A stretch of DNA of 64,000 nucleotides from Candidatus Fermentibacteraceae bacterium (GTDB lineage Bacteria; Fermentibacterota; Fermentibacteria; Fermentibacterales; JCC-6), in NCBI GenBank assembly GCA_041686025.1, contig JAWLEP010000008.1:4996-68995 (forward strand), read 5' to 3'. Made by a program: the position numbers and the translations under genes. Positions 39,431 to 50,103 of the stretch are shown here, one piece after another (position 1 is the stretch's first letter; each line of letters begins with the position of its first letter). The notes beneath the pieces were generated by a model that saw only the letters and a list, made by a program, of their open reading frames with translations, did not search any database and was not told the origin of the DNA.

Positions 39431-41632
39431 ATGGCTGACAAGAAGCTGGTTATCATCGAATCCCCCGCCAAGGCCAGGAGCCTTCGCAGCTATCTGGGCG
39501 GGGAGTACAAAGTGATCGCGTCCAACGGTCACGTGAGGGACCTTCCCCGCAAGAGGCTGGCCGTGTCGGACGACGGCGAGTACAGGCCCACCTACACGAT
39601 ACTCCCCGAGCAGCGGCAGAAGGTCAGAAAGCTGAAGAGCGCGGCCCGGGGCTACCGGAAGATCTACCTGGCCGCCGACCCCGACCGGGAGGGGGAGGCC
39701 ATCTGCTGGCACCTCTCCGAGCTCCTGGGGGGCAGGGGGAAGTCATTCAAGCGACTGCGCTTCAACGCAATAACTAGGGAATCTGTAACCGCGGCAGTCC
39801 GAAGCCCCCAGCCCCTGGACATGAATCTGGTCAACGCCCAGCAGGCCAGAAGGGTGATGGACAGGCTGGTGGGATACAAGGTCAGTCCCTACCTGTGGAG
39901 AACGGTGGGCAAGGGTCTCAGCGCGGGAAGGGTGCAGACCGTGGCCCTGCGGCTGGTGAGGGAGCGGGAAGACCGCATCGAGGCCTTCGAGCCCCGGGAG
40001 TACTGGCTGCTGCATGCGGACTTCGTGCAGGACGGCAAGAGCTTCCGGGCCGCTCTCCACCGCAGGAAGGGCCGCCGGACGGATACGGTGGCCAGCTCCC
40101 CCTCCAGCCTGGAGGAGGCCCGTCGGCTGGAGGAGGAGGCCGAGGCCCGGGAACACTGGAATATCGGATCCGTCCAGACGAAGATAAGAAGCAGGCGGCC
40201 GGGTCCGCCCTTCATAACCAGCACCCTCCAGCAGGCGGCGGCGGGAGCGCTCCGGTTCTCGCCCTCGAAGACCATGAGGCTGGCTCAGTCCCTCTACGAG
40301 GGAGTGGAGCTGCAGAAGGGCGAGCACACGGGCCTCATCACCTACATGAGGACGGACTCTGTTCGGATAAGTCCGCCCGCGATGGAGGAATGCAGGGATC
40401 TGGTAAGGAAGCGCTTCGGAGAGGAGGCGCTATCGAAGAAACCCCGGAGGTACCGCAGCTCCAAGGGGGCGCAGGACGCGCACGAGGCCATCCGTCCCAC
40501 CGACCCCGCCCGCACCCCGGGCGACCTGCGGGGGGTCCTGGGCGGCGACCGGCTCAAACTCTACGACCTGATATGGAAGCGCTTCGTGGCTACCCAGATG
40601 GCGGAGGCGAAGCTGGCCAGGACCACCGTCACCGTAGACTCGGGTGACCTGGAGTTCACCTGCCGCGGCGAGAGGATGGTCACCCCCGGGTTCGCGGAGG
40701 TGGACCCCGGCCAGGTGAGGCTGGACAGGCCTCTGCCCGAGCTGGCCGAGGGGCCGGTGACCCTGAAGGGGCTGGAGAAGGAGCAGAGGTTCACCAAGCC
40801 GCCGGCGCGGTTCACCGAGGCCAGGCTGGTGGCGGAGATGAAGAAGCTGGGCATCGGCAGGCCCTCCACCTACGTCAGCATCATCTCCACCCTCAAGCGG
40901 AGGAAGTACGTCAGCAGGGAGAAGGGGAAGCTGGTCCCCACCGAGCTGGGGTCGATAACGGTGAGGCTGCTGGTGGAGCTGTTCCCCCACATCTTCGAGA
41001 CCGACTTCACCGCCCGCATGGAGGAGCTGCTGGACGAGATCGCCCGGGGCAGGAAGGACTACGTGGAGGTGCTGGACAGGCTGAGCCTCCCCCTGAGGTC
41101 CTCGCTGAAGACCGCCATGGACAACCTGGGAAAGGTGAAGAGGAGCCTTAGTCAGGAGACCGATGAGGAATGCCCCAGATGCGGGGCCCCGCTGGCCATT
41201 CGCTGGGGCAAGTACGGGCGCTTCTACGCCTGCACCGCGTTTCCCGAGTGCCGCTACACCCGTCCCCTGGAGGAGGACATGGAGGAGGCCGAGGTGGACA
41301 GGCGCTGCCCCGAGTGCGGCGGCAGGATGCTGGTCAGGCGGGGCCGTTACGGTCGCTTCCTGGGATGCGAGAACGCCCCAGACTGCCGGCACACCGAACC
41401 GCTTCCCACCGGCGTGTCCTGCCCCCGGGAGGGCTGCGACGGCGAGCTGGTGGAGAGAAAGTCCCGCAAGGGAAAGAGGTTCTACTCCTGCAACAGATAC
41501 CCCGAGTGCGACTACGCCATATGGAATCCGCCCCTGGACGAGAGATGCCCCAGGTGCGGGTTTCCCATACTCGAAAAGAGGAGCAGGGGGATATACTGTC
41601 CGAACTGCAGGAAGAAGATAAGGGACTCCTGA
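39431..41632 (+). CDS. topA: DNA topoisomerase I
   Basis: MADKKLVIIESPAKARSL Toprim N-terminus, active-site region YITYMRTDS, and four C-terminal CxxC-x16-CxxC zinc ribbons. Confidence 0.95.
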   Translation: MADKKLVIIESPAKARSLRSYLGGEYKVIASNGHVRDLPRKRLAVSDDGEYRPTYTILPEQRQKVRKLKSAARGYRKIYLAADPDREGEAICWHLSELLGGRGKSFKRLRFNAITRESVTAAVRSPQPLDMNLVNAQQARRVMDRLVGYKVSPYLWRTVGKGLSAGRVQTVALRLVREREDRIEAFEPREYWLLHADFVQDGKSFRAALHRRKGRRTDTVASSPSSLEEARRLEEEAEAREHWNIGSVQTKIRSRRPGPPFITSTLQQAAAGALRFSPSKTMRLAQSLYEGVELQKGEHTGLITYMRTDSVRISPPAMEECRDLVRKRFGEEALSKKPRRYRSSKGAQDAHEAIRPTDPARTPGDLRGVLGGDRLKLYDLIWKRFVATQMAEAKLARTTVTVDSGDLEFTCRGERMVTPGFAEVDPGQVRLDRPLPELAEGPVTLKGLEKEQRFTKPPARFTEARLVAEMKKLGIGRPSTYVSIISTLKRRKYVSREKGKLVPTELGSITVRLLVELFPHIFETDFTARMEELLDEIARGRKDYVEVLDRLSLPLRSSLKTAMDNLGKVKRSLSQETDEECPRCGAPLAIRWGKYGRFYACTAFPECRYTRPLEEDMEEAEVDRRCPECGGRMLVRRGRYGRFLGCENAPDCRHTEPLPTGVSCPREGCDGELVERKSRKGKRFYSCNRYPECDYAIWNPPLDERCPRCGFPILEKRSRGIYCPNCRKKIRDS

Positions 41633-42501
41633 GGGAGTTCGACCGCGAGCTGGAGTACGGAGACGGGGCCTCCGAGCACACCAGGAGGGCCTACACCGGC
41701 GAGCTTTCTCGGCTGGCGCTGTGGCTGGGCGGTGGCCTGGAGGATGGCTTCCGGCACAACCGGCTTCGCGGTTACCTGCGCCACCTGGCCGGAAGGGAGA
41801 TGGCCGCCTCCAGCGTATCCAGGACAGTGGCCGCCCTGAAGCGCTTCGGCCGCTGGCTGGCGGAGACCGGACGGGCCCCGGACAACCAGGCGGCCCGTCT
41901 CAGCTCACCCGGGCGAAAGGGGAGGCTCCCGGGCTTCCTGTCGGTGGCCGAGGTCCGCCAGGTCCTGGAAAGCTACGACACCACCCGTGCCCTGGGGCTC
42001 CGGAACCGCGCGGTGGTGGAGGTCCTGTACGGCTCCGGACTGCGGGCGGCCGAATGCGCCGGCCTGACTGTCGAGGGCGCGGACATCCGGTCCGGGACGC
42101 TGAGAGTGCTGGGCAAGGGGCGCAAGGAGAGGGTGGTGCCCGTTCCCTCCGGGTCGCTTACGGTTCTGAGACGGTGGATGGCCCGCAGGGGCGAGCTGGT
42201 GGGGGATCGGCCGGACCCCGGCACGGTATTCGTCAGCGTGCGCGGACGGCGTCTTGACCCCAGAGATGTCCGCCGTATTGTTGCACGTGGCGTGGGCAGG
42301 GCGGCCAGGGCCGCAGGTGCCACGCCGCATACGTTCAGGCACAGCTTCGCCACCCATCTGCTGGACAGGGGGGCGGATCTCAGGGCGGTTCAGGACATGC
42401 TGGGCCACGCCAGCCTCTCCACCACCCAGGTATACACGCATCTGACCGCCGAGAGACTGCGGGACACTCACAGAAAGGCGCACCCCAGGGGGAAAGAGTG
42501 A
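41545..42501 (+). CDS. xerC: Tyrosine recombinase XerC/XerD
   Basis: RHSFATHLL...GHASLSTTQVYTHL with catalytic R, H-x-x-R and Y. Start is uncertain: ATG 41545 overlaps topA by 88 nt, GTG 41554 is an alternative. Confidence 0.8.
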   Translation: MPQVRVSHTRKEEQGDILSELQEEDKGLLREFDRELEYGDGASEHTRRAYTGELSRLALWLGGGLEDGFRHNRLRGYLRHLAGREMAASSVSRTVAALKRFGRWLAETGRAPDNQAARLSSPGRKGRLPGFLSVAEVRQVLESYDTTRALGLRNRAVVEVLYGSGLRAAECAGLTVEGADIRSGTLRVLGKGRKERVVPVPSGSLTVLRRWMARRGELVGDRPDPGTVFVSVRGRRLDPRDVRRIVARGVGRAARAAGATPHTFRHSFATHLLDRGADLRAVQDMLGHASLSTTQVYTHLTAERLRDTHRKAHPRGKE

Positions 42502-45446
42502 AGGACAGAAGAGACGGCCGAAAGCTGAACCGGGATCTGGACAGATCCACGAAACGGACAGACAGGTTGCTGGTGCTTCTCGCCGCCCTGGCGGCGGGGG
42601 TGGTCTACCTCCTGACCCTGGCACCTACGGTGAGCTTCTGGGACAGCGGGGAGTACATCACCTGCTCCTGGATAATGGGAATACCCCATCCCCCCGGCGT
42701 ACCGCTATTCGTGCTGCTGGGGCGCTTCAGCACCATCCTGTTCTCCTTCATCCCCGTGGTGGCCGTGCGGGTGAACCTGATGTGCCTGATAGCCGGAACC
42801 GTCTCGGTGGCCCTGGTGACACGGCTGCTGCAGCGCTGGGGCACCAGGCTGGGCTTCCCTCCCGCCCTCTACCGCCCCATGGCCGTGGTGGGCTCGCTGA
42901 TGGCCGCCTGGGGCTACACCATCTGGCGCAACAACAACGCCACCGAGACCTACGCCATGGCCCACCTCTTCGCCTTCCTGTCGCTGTGGGTCTTCGACAT
43001 CTGGATGGAGCGGCGGCGGGCGGGGCTTCCCGCAGGACGGTTCCTGCTGCTGGTGGCCTACCTGATCACCCTGTCCATCGCCAACCACCTCAGCGCCCTG
43101 ATCGTGGTCTTTCCCATCATTCTCATGTACATCCTCTACGCCATCCGGGGCTACGCGGGGGAGTGGCGGAGGCCGGGCTACATACTGATGATGCTGGGCC
43201 TGATGGCCCTGGCCTTCAGCGTGCACCTCTACATGCCCCTGCGGGCGGTTCACAACCCCGCGGTGAACGAGACCAACCCCCAGGAGTGGCCCGCCTTCCG
43301 GGACGCCCTGGCCCGCAAGCAGTACGGCCAGGTGTCCATGCTGGACCGCAAGGGGCCCTTCGGCGACCAGATAAAGCTCTACATGGAGTACCTGTCGTGG
43401 CAGACCGGAAGGCCGGAGGAGTGGGACAGCCACCTGGGCGGGCTGGGCCGCCCCCTGGCCACGGTGCTGCGGATCCTCCTGACGGCGGCGGTCTTCTACG
43501 GTCTGGTGGCTCTGGCGGTGAAGCGGCCCGACCTTTTCGTCCTCATCGCCTTCACCTTCCTCATGGCCAGCATATTCTTCGTGGTGTACCTGAACTTCAA
43601 GACCGGCCCGGAGGGGACCCCCACCGGGGAGGTGAGGGAGCGCGACTACTTCTTCGGCGCCTCCTTCACCCTGTTCTCCATACTGGCCTCCATCGGCCTC
43701 TTCTCGGCCCTGCGCGACCTGGCGGGAAGGGTGCGCCACTGGGGCTGGGCGCTGATGGTGATACCGGCGGCGGCCCTGGCCATGAACGCCCATCCCTGCG
43801 ACCGGTCGGACACCTGGATCGCCCGGGACTACGGGGTGAACCTGCTGCGCTCCTGCCCCGAGAACGCCGTTCTGATAACAAACGGCGACAACGACACCTT
43901 CCCGCTCTGGTTCGCCCAGAACGTGGAGGACGTCCGCCAGGACGTCATCGTAAGCAACCTGAGCCTGATGAACACCAACTGGTACGTGCACCAGCTCCTG
44001 GGCCGCGACCCGGAGCTGCTGAGCTACGGGGCCGCCGGCGTGGTGGACTCCCTGCGGCCGGTCTTCGTCTGGGGACCCACCTTCTTCCACGTGAGGCTCT
44101 CCGACGCCTACCCGGTGACCAACTCCACCGACCACACCATCATGAGGGCCACCTTCGACCAGGCGTGGCCCTGGGCGGTGGCCGGAGAGGGGTTCGCGGC
44201 CGTGGTGCCCAGCGACGGACGGGGCAACCAGGGGGCCATACCCATGCAGGACCTGCTGCTGCTGGACATGCTCAGCCGCAGGGAACGCCACGGGCGCGAG
44301 ATATACCTGGCGGGGACCGTCTCCAGGGACAACCGCGCCTACCTGGAGGACTACCTCGAGATGGAGGGGCTGGTCTACAGGGTGACCCGCCAGCCTGTGG
44401 GCCTGGACGTGGACATACCGCGCTCCTGGGAGCTCTTCCGCGAGGTATACACCATCCGGGGCTTCGATGACCCGTCGGTGTACAAGTGCGACCAGGCCCG
44501 CCAGCTCACCCGGAACTACGCCGTGGCCCTGATTACGGGGATGGGGTACGCCCAGGTATCGCAGGGCGACCCCGAGGGCGCCATGGAGGCCCTGGAGCTG
44601 GCCGACAGCCTCTTCAGCGCCACCTCCTCGGAGTGGGCCCAGGTTCTCCCCACCAAGTCCCTGGTGGAGGTTGCGGTGATCGACGGCCGGCAGGGGCCGG
44701 AGGCCGCCGGCGACTTTCTCAGACAGCGGGCGGACCAGCTGGCCGACATGGGACGTGCCCAGGGCAGCTCCAGGCTGGAGAGCCAGGCCTCACTGCTGCG
44801 GCAGGAGGCCGACCAGATGTACGGCATGGAGGCCCAGATGCGGCAGGCCCTGGACTCGCTTTCGGACGGGACAGTCTACACGGTCTGGCTGGGGGTGGAG
44901 TCGGACATGGCCTTCGGCAACGTGATATCCTCCCGCAGGAGGGTCCGATCCTACGCGGACACCACCTCCAGCCCGGAGACGGCGGCCCTGATGGAGACCA
45001 GGCTGGAGGAGATCGTCCGGGACGTCAGCGCCAGCGGAAGGACCGACCTGTACTCCACCGGCTGGTACCTGATACTGAGCGGCGGCAGCGACAGCCTGGC
45101 GCCCCTGCTGGAGACCGCCACCGACTTCTTCGCCAAGGGAAGGACCATGGCCGGCGCGGCGGGCGCCTGGATGATGGCCGACAGGCTTCCCGCCCCCCAG
45201 CGGGACCTGGCCCGGGGATACGCGCGGATGATGGTGGAGCTGGGCCGGGAGGGGTCCACGCAGCTGGCCCAGTGGTTCAGCATGTGGGCCCATCACGTGC
45301 CGGGCCCCGAGCTGTCGGAGATGTGCGCGGAGCTGGGAAGCCCCGCCCTGGCCTGGCTGGCCCTGGACATGGCCGGCGGTCACGAGGACCTGAAGGCGCA
45401 GATACTTCAGGACGCGGCCGGGGGTGGCGACGACGGTGGGGTCTGA
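42498..45446 (+). CDS. DUF2723-family large polytopic membrane protein (TMEM260-like putative GT-C glycosyltransferase)
   Basis: The TVSFWDSGEYI motif near the first TM helix is the hallmark of DUF2723. About 11 TM helices plus a large C-terminal soluble domain. GTG start overlaps the xerC stop. Confidence 0.7.
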   Translation: MKDRRDGRKLNRDLDRSTKRTDRLLVLLAALAAGVVYLLTLAPTVSFWDSGEYITCSWIMGIPHPPGVPLFVLLGRFSTILFSFIPVVAVRVNLMCLIAGTVSVALVTRLLQRWGTRLGFPPALYRPMAVVGSLMAAWGYTIWRNNNATETYAMAHLFAFLSLWVFDIWMERRRAGLPAGRFLLLVAYLITLSIANHLSALIVVFPIILMYILYAIRGYAGEWRRPGYILMMLGLMALAFSVHLYMPLRAVHNPAVNETNPQEWPAFRDALARKQYGQVSMLDRKGPFGDQIKLYMEYLSWQTGRPEEWDSHLGGLGRPLATVLRILLTAAVFYGLVALAVKRPDLFVLIAFTFLMASIFFVVYLNFKTGPEGTPTGEVRERDYFFGASFTLFSILASIGLFSALRDLAGRVRHWGWALMVIPAAALAMNAHPCDRSDTWIARDYGVNLLRSCPENAVLITNGDNDTFPLWFAQNVEDVRQDVIVSNLSLMNTNWYVHQLLGRDPELLSYGAAGVVDSLRPVFVWGPTFFHVRLSDAYPVTNSTDHTIMRATFDQAWPWAVAGEGFAAVVPSDGRGNQGAIPMQDLLLLDMLSRRERHGREIYLAGTVSRDNRAYLEDYLEMEGLVYRVTRQPVGLDVDIPRSWELFREVYTIRGFDDPSVYKCDQARQLTRNYAVALITGMGYAQVSQGDPEGAMEALELADSLFSATSSEWAQVLPTKSLVEVAVIDGRQGPEAAGDFLRQRADQLADMGRAQGSSRLESQASLLRQEADQMYGMEAQMRQALDSLSDGTVYTVWLGVESDMAFGNVISSRRRVRSYADTTSSPETAALMETRLEEIVRDVSASGRTDLYSTGWYLILSGGSDSLAPLLETATDFFAKGRTMAGAAGAWMMADRLPAPQRDLARGYARMMVELGREGSTQLAQWFSMWAHHVPGPELSEMCAELGSPALAWLALDMAGGHEDLKAQILQDAAGGGDDGGV

Positions 45447-45447
45447 C

Positions 45448-45975
45448 GTGGTGAGGGCCACCACCGTCATCGGCCTGGTCCGGGACGGACGGGCCGCCAT
45501 GGCGGCCGACGGCCAGGTCACCCTGGGCGACACCGTGGTCAAGACCACGGCGCGTAAGCTGCGGCGGCTGGGGGACGGAGCGGTCCTGGCAGGCTTCAGC
45601 GGCAGCGGGGCCGACGCCTTCGCGCTGCTGGAGAAGCTGGAGGAGAAGCTGGAGTCCGCCCGCGGCAACCTGCCCAGGGCCGCCGTGGAGATGGCCAGGG
45701 AGTGGCGCAAGGACAAGTACCTGCGCGAGCTGCAGGCCCTGGTGGCGGCGGTGGACAGCTCCCACGCCCTGATGATCGGCGGGGCCGGAGACGTGGTGGA
45801 GGCCCAGGACGGCATTGTATGCGTGGGCAGCGGACACGCCTACGCCCTGGCGGCCGCCAGGGCCCTGCAGGCGCACACCGCCATGAAGCTCTCCACCATA
45901 GCCAGGGAGAGCATCGCCATAGCCCGGGAGATATGCATATACACCGGCGGCGAGATACAGCTGGAGGAGCTGTGA
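45448..45975 (+). CDS. hslV: ATP-dependent protease subunit HslV (CodW-like N-terminus)
   Basis: ATTVIGLVRDGRAAMAADGQVTLGDTVVKTTARKLRRL. The TT pair is preceded by 3-4 residues rather than directly following the initiator Met. GTG start 1 nt after the DUF2723 stop. Confidence 0.85.
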   Translation: MVRATTVIGLVRDGRAAMAADGQVTLGDTVVKTTARKLRRLGDGAVLAGFSGSGADAFALLEKLEEKLESARGNLPRAAVEMAREWRKDKYLRELQALVAAVDSSHALMIGGAGDVVEAQDGIVCVGSGHAYALAAARALQAHTAMKLSTIARESIAIAREICIYTGGEIQLEEL

Positions 45976-47303
45976 GTCCCGAAAAGGCCGCCGAGAGCTA
46001 CACGCCGGCGGAGATAGTGGGCTGGCTGGACCGGCACGTGGTGGGGCAGGACAGGGCCAAGCGAACGGTATCCATCGCCCTGCGCAACAGGTACCGCAGG
46101 CGCCTGGTGGAGGAGCCCATGCGGTCGGAGATATACCCCAGCAATCTGATCATGATGGGGCCCACGGGAATAGGCAAAACCGAGATAGCCCGCAGGCTGG
46201 CCAGCCTGGTGGGTGCCCCCTTCGTCAAGGTGGAGGCCACCAAGTACACCGAGACCGGCTACGTGGGCAGGGACGTGGAGAGCATGGTGCGCCACCTGGT
46301 GAGGCAGGCGGTGAACCTGGCCGGTACAAGGGCGCGCAGGAGCAAGGCCGACCTGGCCGCCCGGGCCACCGAGAACCGTCTGCTGGAGGCCCTGGGGCGT
46401 CTTCCAGAGTACGAGAGCGCCGCCCGGGACAGGCTCTCCCGCCTGTACCGGTCCGGGGAGCTGGACGGGGTCAGCGTGGAGATAATGGTGGCCCAGGAGG
46501 CCCCGGGCGTGGAGGTCTTCCCCATGATGCCCGGCACCGGCATGGACGGGGCCCTGGGCGAGAGCCTGCGGAACATGATGAAGAAGGTGATGGGGGGACG
46601 CAGGAAGAAGGCCTCCATGACCGTGGGCGACGCCCGGGAACGCGTCTACGAGGAGGAGATGTCCCGGCTCCTGGAGGGCGGTGACCACACCGACCGGGGG
46701 CTGGCCATGGCCGCCGAGGAGGGGATCATCTTCATAGACGAGATAGACAAGATCATAGGCACCGAGGGCGGAAGCGGGCCGGACGTGTCCCGCATGGGAG
46801 TGCAGAGGGACCTACTGCCGCTGGTGGAGGGTTGCACGGTCCAGACCAGGTACGGGCCGGTGAGGACCGACCATATCCTCTTTGTGGCCGCCGGGGCCTT
46901 CCACGGGGCCAGCCCCTCCGACCTGATTCCCGAGCTGCAGGGCAGGTTTCCCCTGCGGGTGAGCCTGGACCCGCTCTCCGAGGAGGATCTGCTGAAGATC
47001 CTCACCGAGCCCGAGGGAAGCCTGCTGAAGCAGTTCCGCCAGCTGCTGGCGGCGGACGGCGTACAGCTGGAGCTGACCCCGGGGGCGGCGGCGGAGGTGG
47101 CCTCGGTGGCATGGAGGATGAACGAGGCCGGGGAGGACATAGGCGCCCGCAGGCTGCGGCCGGTGATGAGCCACCTGCTGGACGACTGTCTCTTCGGTGC
47201 CCCGGACCTGGTGCGGGGAAAGGTGAAGTTCCACCGCAGGAAGGCCGCGGCGGTACTGGCGGGGCTTGTTGGCAATGAAGATGAGGGTGATTATATCCTC
47301 TAG
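45972..47303 (+). CDS. hslU: ATP-dependent protease ATPase subunit HslU
   Basis: GTG overlapping the hslV stop. P-loop MMGPTGIGKTEIARRLA and the I-domain. IFIDEIDKI Walker B. Confidence 0.95.
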   Translation: MSPEKAAESYTPAEIVGWLDRHVVGQDRAKRTVSIALRNRYRRRLVEEPMRSEIYPSNLIMMGPTGIGKTEIARRLASLVGAPFVKVEATKYTETGYVGRDVESMVRHLVRQAVNLAGTRARRSKADLAARATENRLLEALGRLPEYESAARDRLSRLYRSGELDGVSVEIMVAQEAPGVEVFPMMPGTGMDGALGESLRNMMKKVMGGRRKKASMTVGDARERVYEEEMSRLLEGGDHTDRGLAMAAEEGIIFIDEIDKIIGTEGGSGPDVSRMGVQRDLLPLVEGCTVQTRYGPVRTDHILFVAAGAFHGASPSDLIPELQGRFPLRVSLDPLSEEDLLKILTEPEGSLLKQFRQLLAADGVQLELTPGAAAEVASVAWRMNEAGEDIGARRLRPVMSHLLDDCLFGAPDLVRGKVKFHRRKAAAVLAGLVGNEDEGDYIL

Positions 47304-47333
47304 AGCACCCGAAAGCGGAAGCGGGGAGGGCGG

Positions 47334-47912
47334 ATGCATCGTTCCGGAAACGAAGTCACCTACAAGATCGTCTACTACGGTCCGGGTCTTTCCGGCAAGA
47401 CCACGAACCTGCGCAGGATAAGGGACTTCATAGCCCCCGAGAACCGGGGGCGACTGGTAACCCTGTGCACCCGGGGCGAGCGGACCGTGTTCTTCGACTT
47501 CCTGCCGGTGAACTTCGCCACCATCGACGACGACCGGGTGAGGCTCCACCTCTACTCGGTGCCGGGCCAGGCCTACTACGCCCTCAGCCGCAAGGTGATC
47601 CTGGACGGCGCCGACGGAATAGTCTTCGTGGCCGACAGCCAGCGGGAGCGGGTCGACGCCAACCTCGACAACATGGAGGACCTGGCCAGGAACCTGAAGA
47701 CCTACTCCCTGGACCTCTCCATGATCCCCATGGTCCTGCAGTTCAACAAGAGAGACCTTCCCGGCATAGTCGACGCCGGGGACATGGACGAATCCCTCAA
47801 CCGGCACAACTGGCCCACCGTCGAATCGGTCGCCCTGGGCGGAAAGGGTCCTGCCGAGACCCTGAAGATCATATCGTCCATGATGGCCCGAAGGCATGTC
47901 CGAAAGGGCTGA
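47334..47912 (+). CDS. MglA-like small GTPase paralog
   Basis: YYGPGLSGKTTNL P-loop, intrinsic Arg (ERTVFFDF), PGQ, and NKRDL. More diverged than the copy at 37165. Confidence 0.85.
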   Translation: MHRSGNEVTYKIVYYGPGLSGKTTNLRRIRDFIAPENRGRLVTLCTRGERTVFFDFLPVNFATIDDDRVRLHLYSVPGQAYYALSRKVILDGADGIVFVADSQRERVDANLDNMEDLARNLKTYSLDLSMIPMVLQFNKRDLPGIVDAGDMDESLNRHNWPTVESVALGGKGPAETLKIISSMMARRHVRKG

Positions 47913-50103
47913 CCGCACAAGGCAGCTGTCCACCGCCCTGATCCTTCTGCTGGTCCTGGGGTCCGGCTACCTCTTCAGGATGGCCTTCGCAGGCGCGGTC
48001 CTTCCTCCCCCTCCCAGAATGCAGGGCGAGACCACGCAGGCCTACCGCTACGCCCGCATGGTCTCCCGGGGCGAGGACGTTCCGGGGCGGGACATGCTGG
48101 TGCTTCACCCCCAGGGTTTTCCCACCGGAAGGAACTCCATATTCGAGGAGTACCTGGCCGGCTGGACCCACCGGCTGGCCGGCGGCGACTTCGACGGTTT
48201 CATCCGGGCCTTCTCCCGTCTCTTCCCGCTGCTGGCCGCCGTGGGAGCCTTCATGTGGCTCCGGGCGGCGGGCTTCGGCAGAGCGGCGGCGCTTCTCTGT
48301 GCCGCCGCCTATGCGGTGGTGCTTCCCGCACTGCTGCGGGCCCGGGGGGAGTCCCTGTACCGGGAGACGGTGGCCCTGCCGATGCTGGCCTTCCTGGGCG
48401 CATCCCTGGAGCGGTCGCTGCGGGGAGGAGGGCCCCGCTGGCATGCCTCGGCAGCGGCGCTTCTGTTTCTGTCACTGGCGGCCTGGAAGGTAACCGCGTT
48501 CCTGGCGCTGTTCCTGTTCGCCTACCTGGCGGTGCGCCAGACCGTCCGCGGCGACGTCCCCCGGGGCCTGGCCCTCTCCCTGGCCGGGTCGCAGCTGGCC
48601 GCCAGCCTTGTTCTCAGCCACATGCGCGCCGACACCGCCATCCTCTCCCCCTCCACGGCCATGGCCGCCGCTGCCGCCGCCTCGGTGCTCCTGCGGCGCA
48701 GCTGGTGGGTCCCGGCGGCCGGGGGAGTGATGGCGGTCGTCTTCGGCATTCTGGGGCCGGAGAGCACGGGCCACGTCACGTCGGTGGTCCTGGCCAAGCT
48801 GCGCTTCCCCGGCGGTCATCCCCCGGACCCGGGGATGCTCTCCGCCGACGCCAGGCTGTTCTGGGTCTCCGGCTACACCAGCCCCTCGGCGGGTCAGATT
48901 CTCTGGCTCTTCGCCGTCCCGGCGGCGGTGGCCGCCCCCGGCTTCAGACGTCTTCTCAGACGGGCGAAGGGGGGCCTGATACTGCCCTTCGCCGTTCTGT
49001 CCCTGGCCGGCTACCTCTTCTTCGACCGGCTGGCGGTGTTCGGGGCCCTGGCAGTATGCCTCCTCATGGCCGGGACCTTCTCCTCGACAAGGGCTCTGGC
49101 GGTGGCCGGCATGGTGCTGCTGGGGGCCCACAGCCTCACCGCCGACGCCACGGCCCGGCTGCTGTCCCGCAGCGTGGGACGCGTTGGGGGGGAGGGATCG
49201 ACCCTCACCGAGAAGGAGCTCTCGGAGCTTCTGGTCTGGGCCCGCGACGAGACAGGGGAGGAAGAGGCCTTCCTCTGCTACTGGCACCTCTCGGGGATGA
49301 TCTCGGCCTACGCGCACCGGCCGGTGGTGACCCACACCTTCTTCGAGAGTGCCCGCAACCGACGGCGCATACAGCGCTTCGCCAGGGCAATGTACGGCCC
49401 GGAGGACAGCGTCCTGGCCATGATGGCCGACACCCGGGCCGACTACGTGATCTACCAGGCGGACTTCCTCTTCGACCGCTCCCCGGAGGGGCTTCTCTAC
49501 CTGGCCGGACGCCGGGAGGTCCCCGACGGAAGCGCCGCCCTGCTGATGCACTACGCCCCGGAGAGGCTGGACTCGCTGACCCTGGCCTACCGGGGCAGTG
49601 CCCTCAGGGTCTATGCCCGGCAGGGGCCGGCGGCGGACGCCGACAGCGCCGGACGGCCGCTGTTCGACCCACTATACTACCAGCTGTTCGGAGGCTCGTA
49701 CTCCCTGTGCGTGGCGGCGGCCACCGACCCCGGGGGGACGGCGCGGCAGCTGGCCCTGTCCGGCCGGGAGGCCGGCGACCCGGTGCCGCTGTCGGCGGCG
49801 CTGGCGCTCCTGGCGGAAGCCGGAGCGGCCTCCTCCGACGGGCTGGCGGTCCTGCAGGAGCTGGCCGCCATACACATGCGCGGCGGCTGGGACATCGGCC
49901 GGCTTCGGGAGGACTTCGCGCGCTACCTGTACGCCTGGGGTCCGGACCCGCAGGCGCGTCTGGACCTGGCGCAGCTCCTTCTGGAGGCCGGCAGGCCCGA
50001 AGAGGCGGCCCGGCAGCTGGAGACCGCCGCCGGCGCACTGGGGGAGACGGCCCGGGTAAGGGCACTGCGCCGAAGGATCCTCGGGGAGGGGGAAGCCGGT
50101 TGA
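47896..50103 (+). CDS. Large polytopic membrane protein, GT-C fold glycosyltransferase-like (ArnT/PMT/STT3-like first-loop motif) with C-terminal soluble domain
   Basis: Overlaps the stop of the mglA paralog by 17 nt. About 11-13 TM helices. The first extracytoplasmic loop QGETTQAYRYARMVSRGEDV resembles the ArnT DETRYAEISREM and PglB-type motifs. The C-terminal ~270 aa is soluble and helical. Confidence 0.55.
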   Translation: MSERADRTRQLSTALILLLVLGSGYLFRMAFAGAVLPPPPRMQGETTQAYRYARMVSRGEDVPGRDMLVLHPQGFPTGRNSIFEEYLAGWTHRLAGGDFDGFIRAFSRLFPLLAAVGAFMWLRAAGFGRAAALLCAAAYAVVLPALLRARGESLYRETVALPMLAFLGASLERSLRGGGPRWHASAAALLFLSLAAWKVTAFLALFLFAYLAVRQTVRGDVPRGLALSLAGSQLAASLVLSHMRADTAILSPSTAMAAAAAASVLLRRSWWVPAAGGVMAVVFGILGPESTGHVTSVVLAKLRFPGGHPPDPGMLSADARLFWVSGYTSPSAGQILWLFAVPAAVAAPGFRRLLRRAKGGLILPFAVLSLAGYLFFDRLAVFGALAVCLLMAGTFSSTRALAVAGMVLLGAHSLTADATARLLSRSVGRVGGEGSTLTEKELSELLVWARDETGEEEAFLCYWHLSGMISAYAHRPVVTHTFFESARNRRRIQRFARAMYGPEDSVLAMMADTRADYVIYQADFLFDRSPEGLLYLAGRREVPDGSAALLMHYAPERLDSLTLAYRGSALRVYARQGPAADADSAGRPLFDPLYYQLFGGSYSLCVAAATDPGGTARQLALSGREAGDPVPLSAALALLAEAGAASSDGLAVLQELAAIHMRGGWDIGRLREDFARYLYAWGPDPQARLDLAQLLLEAGRPEEAARQLETAAGALGETARVRALRRRILGEGEAG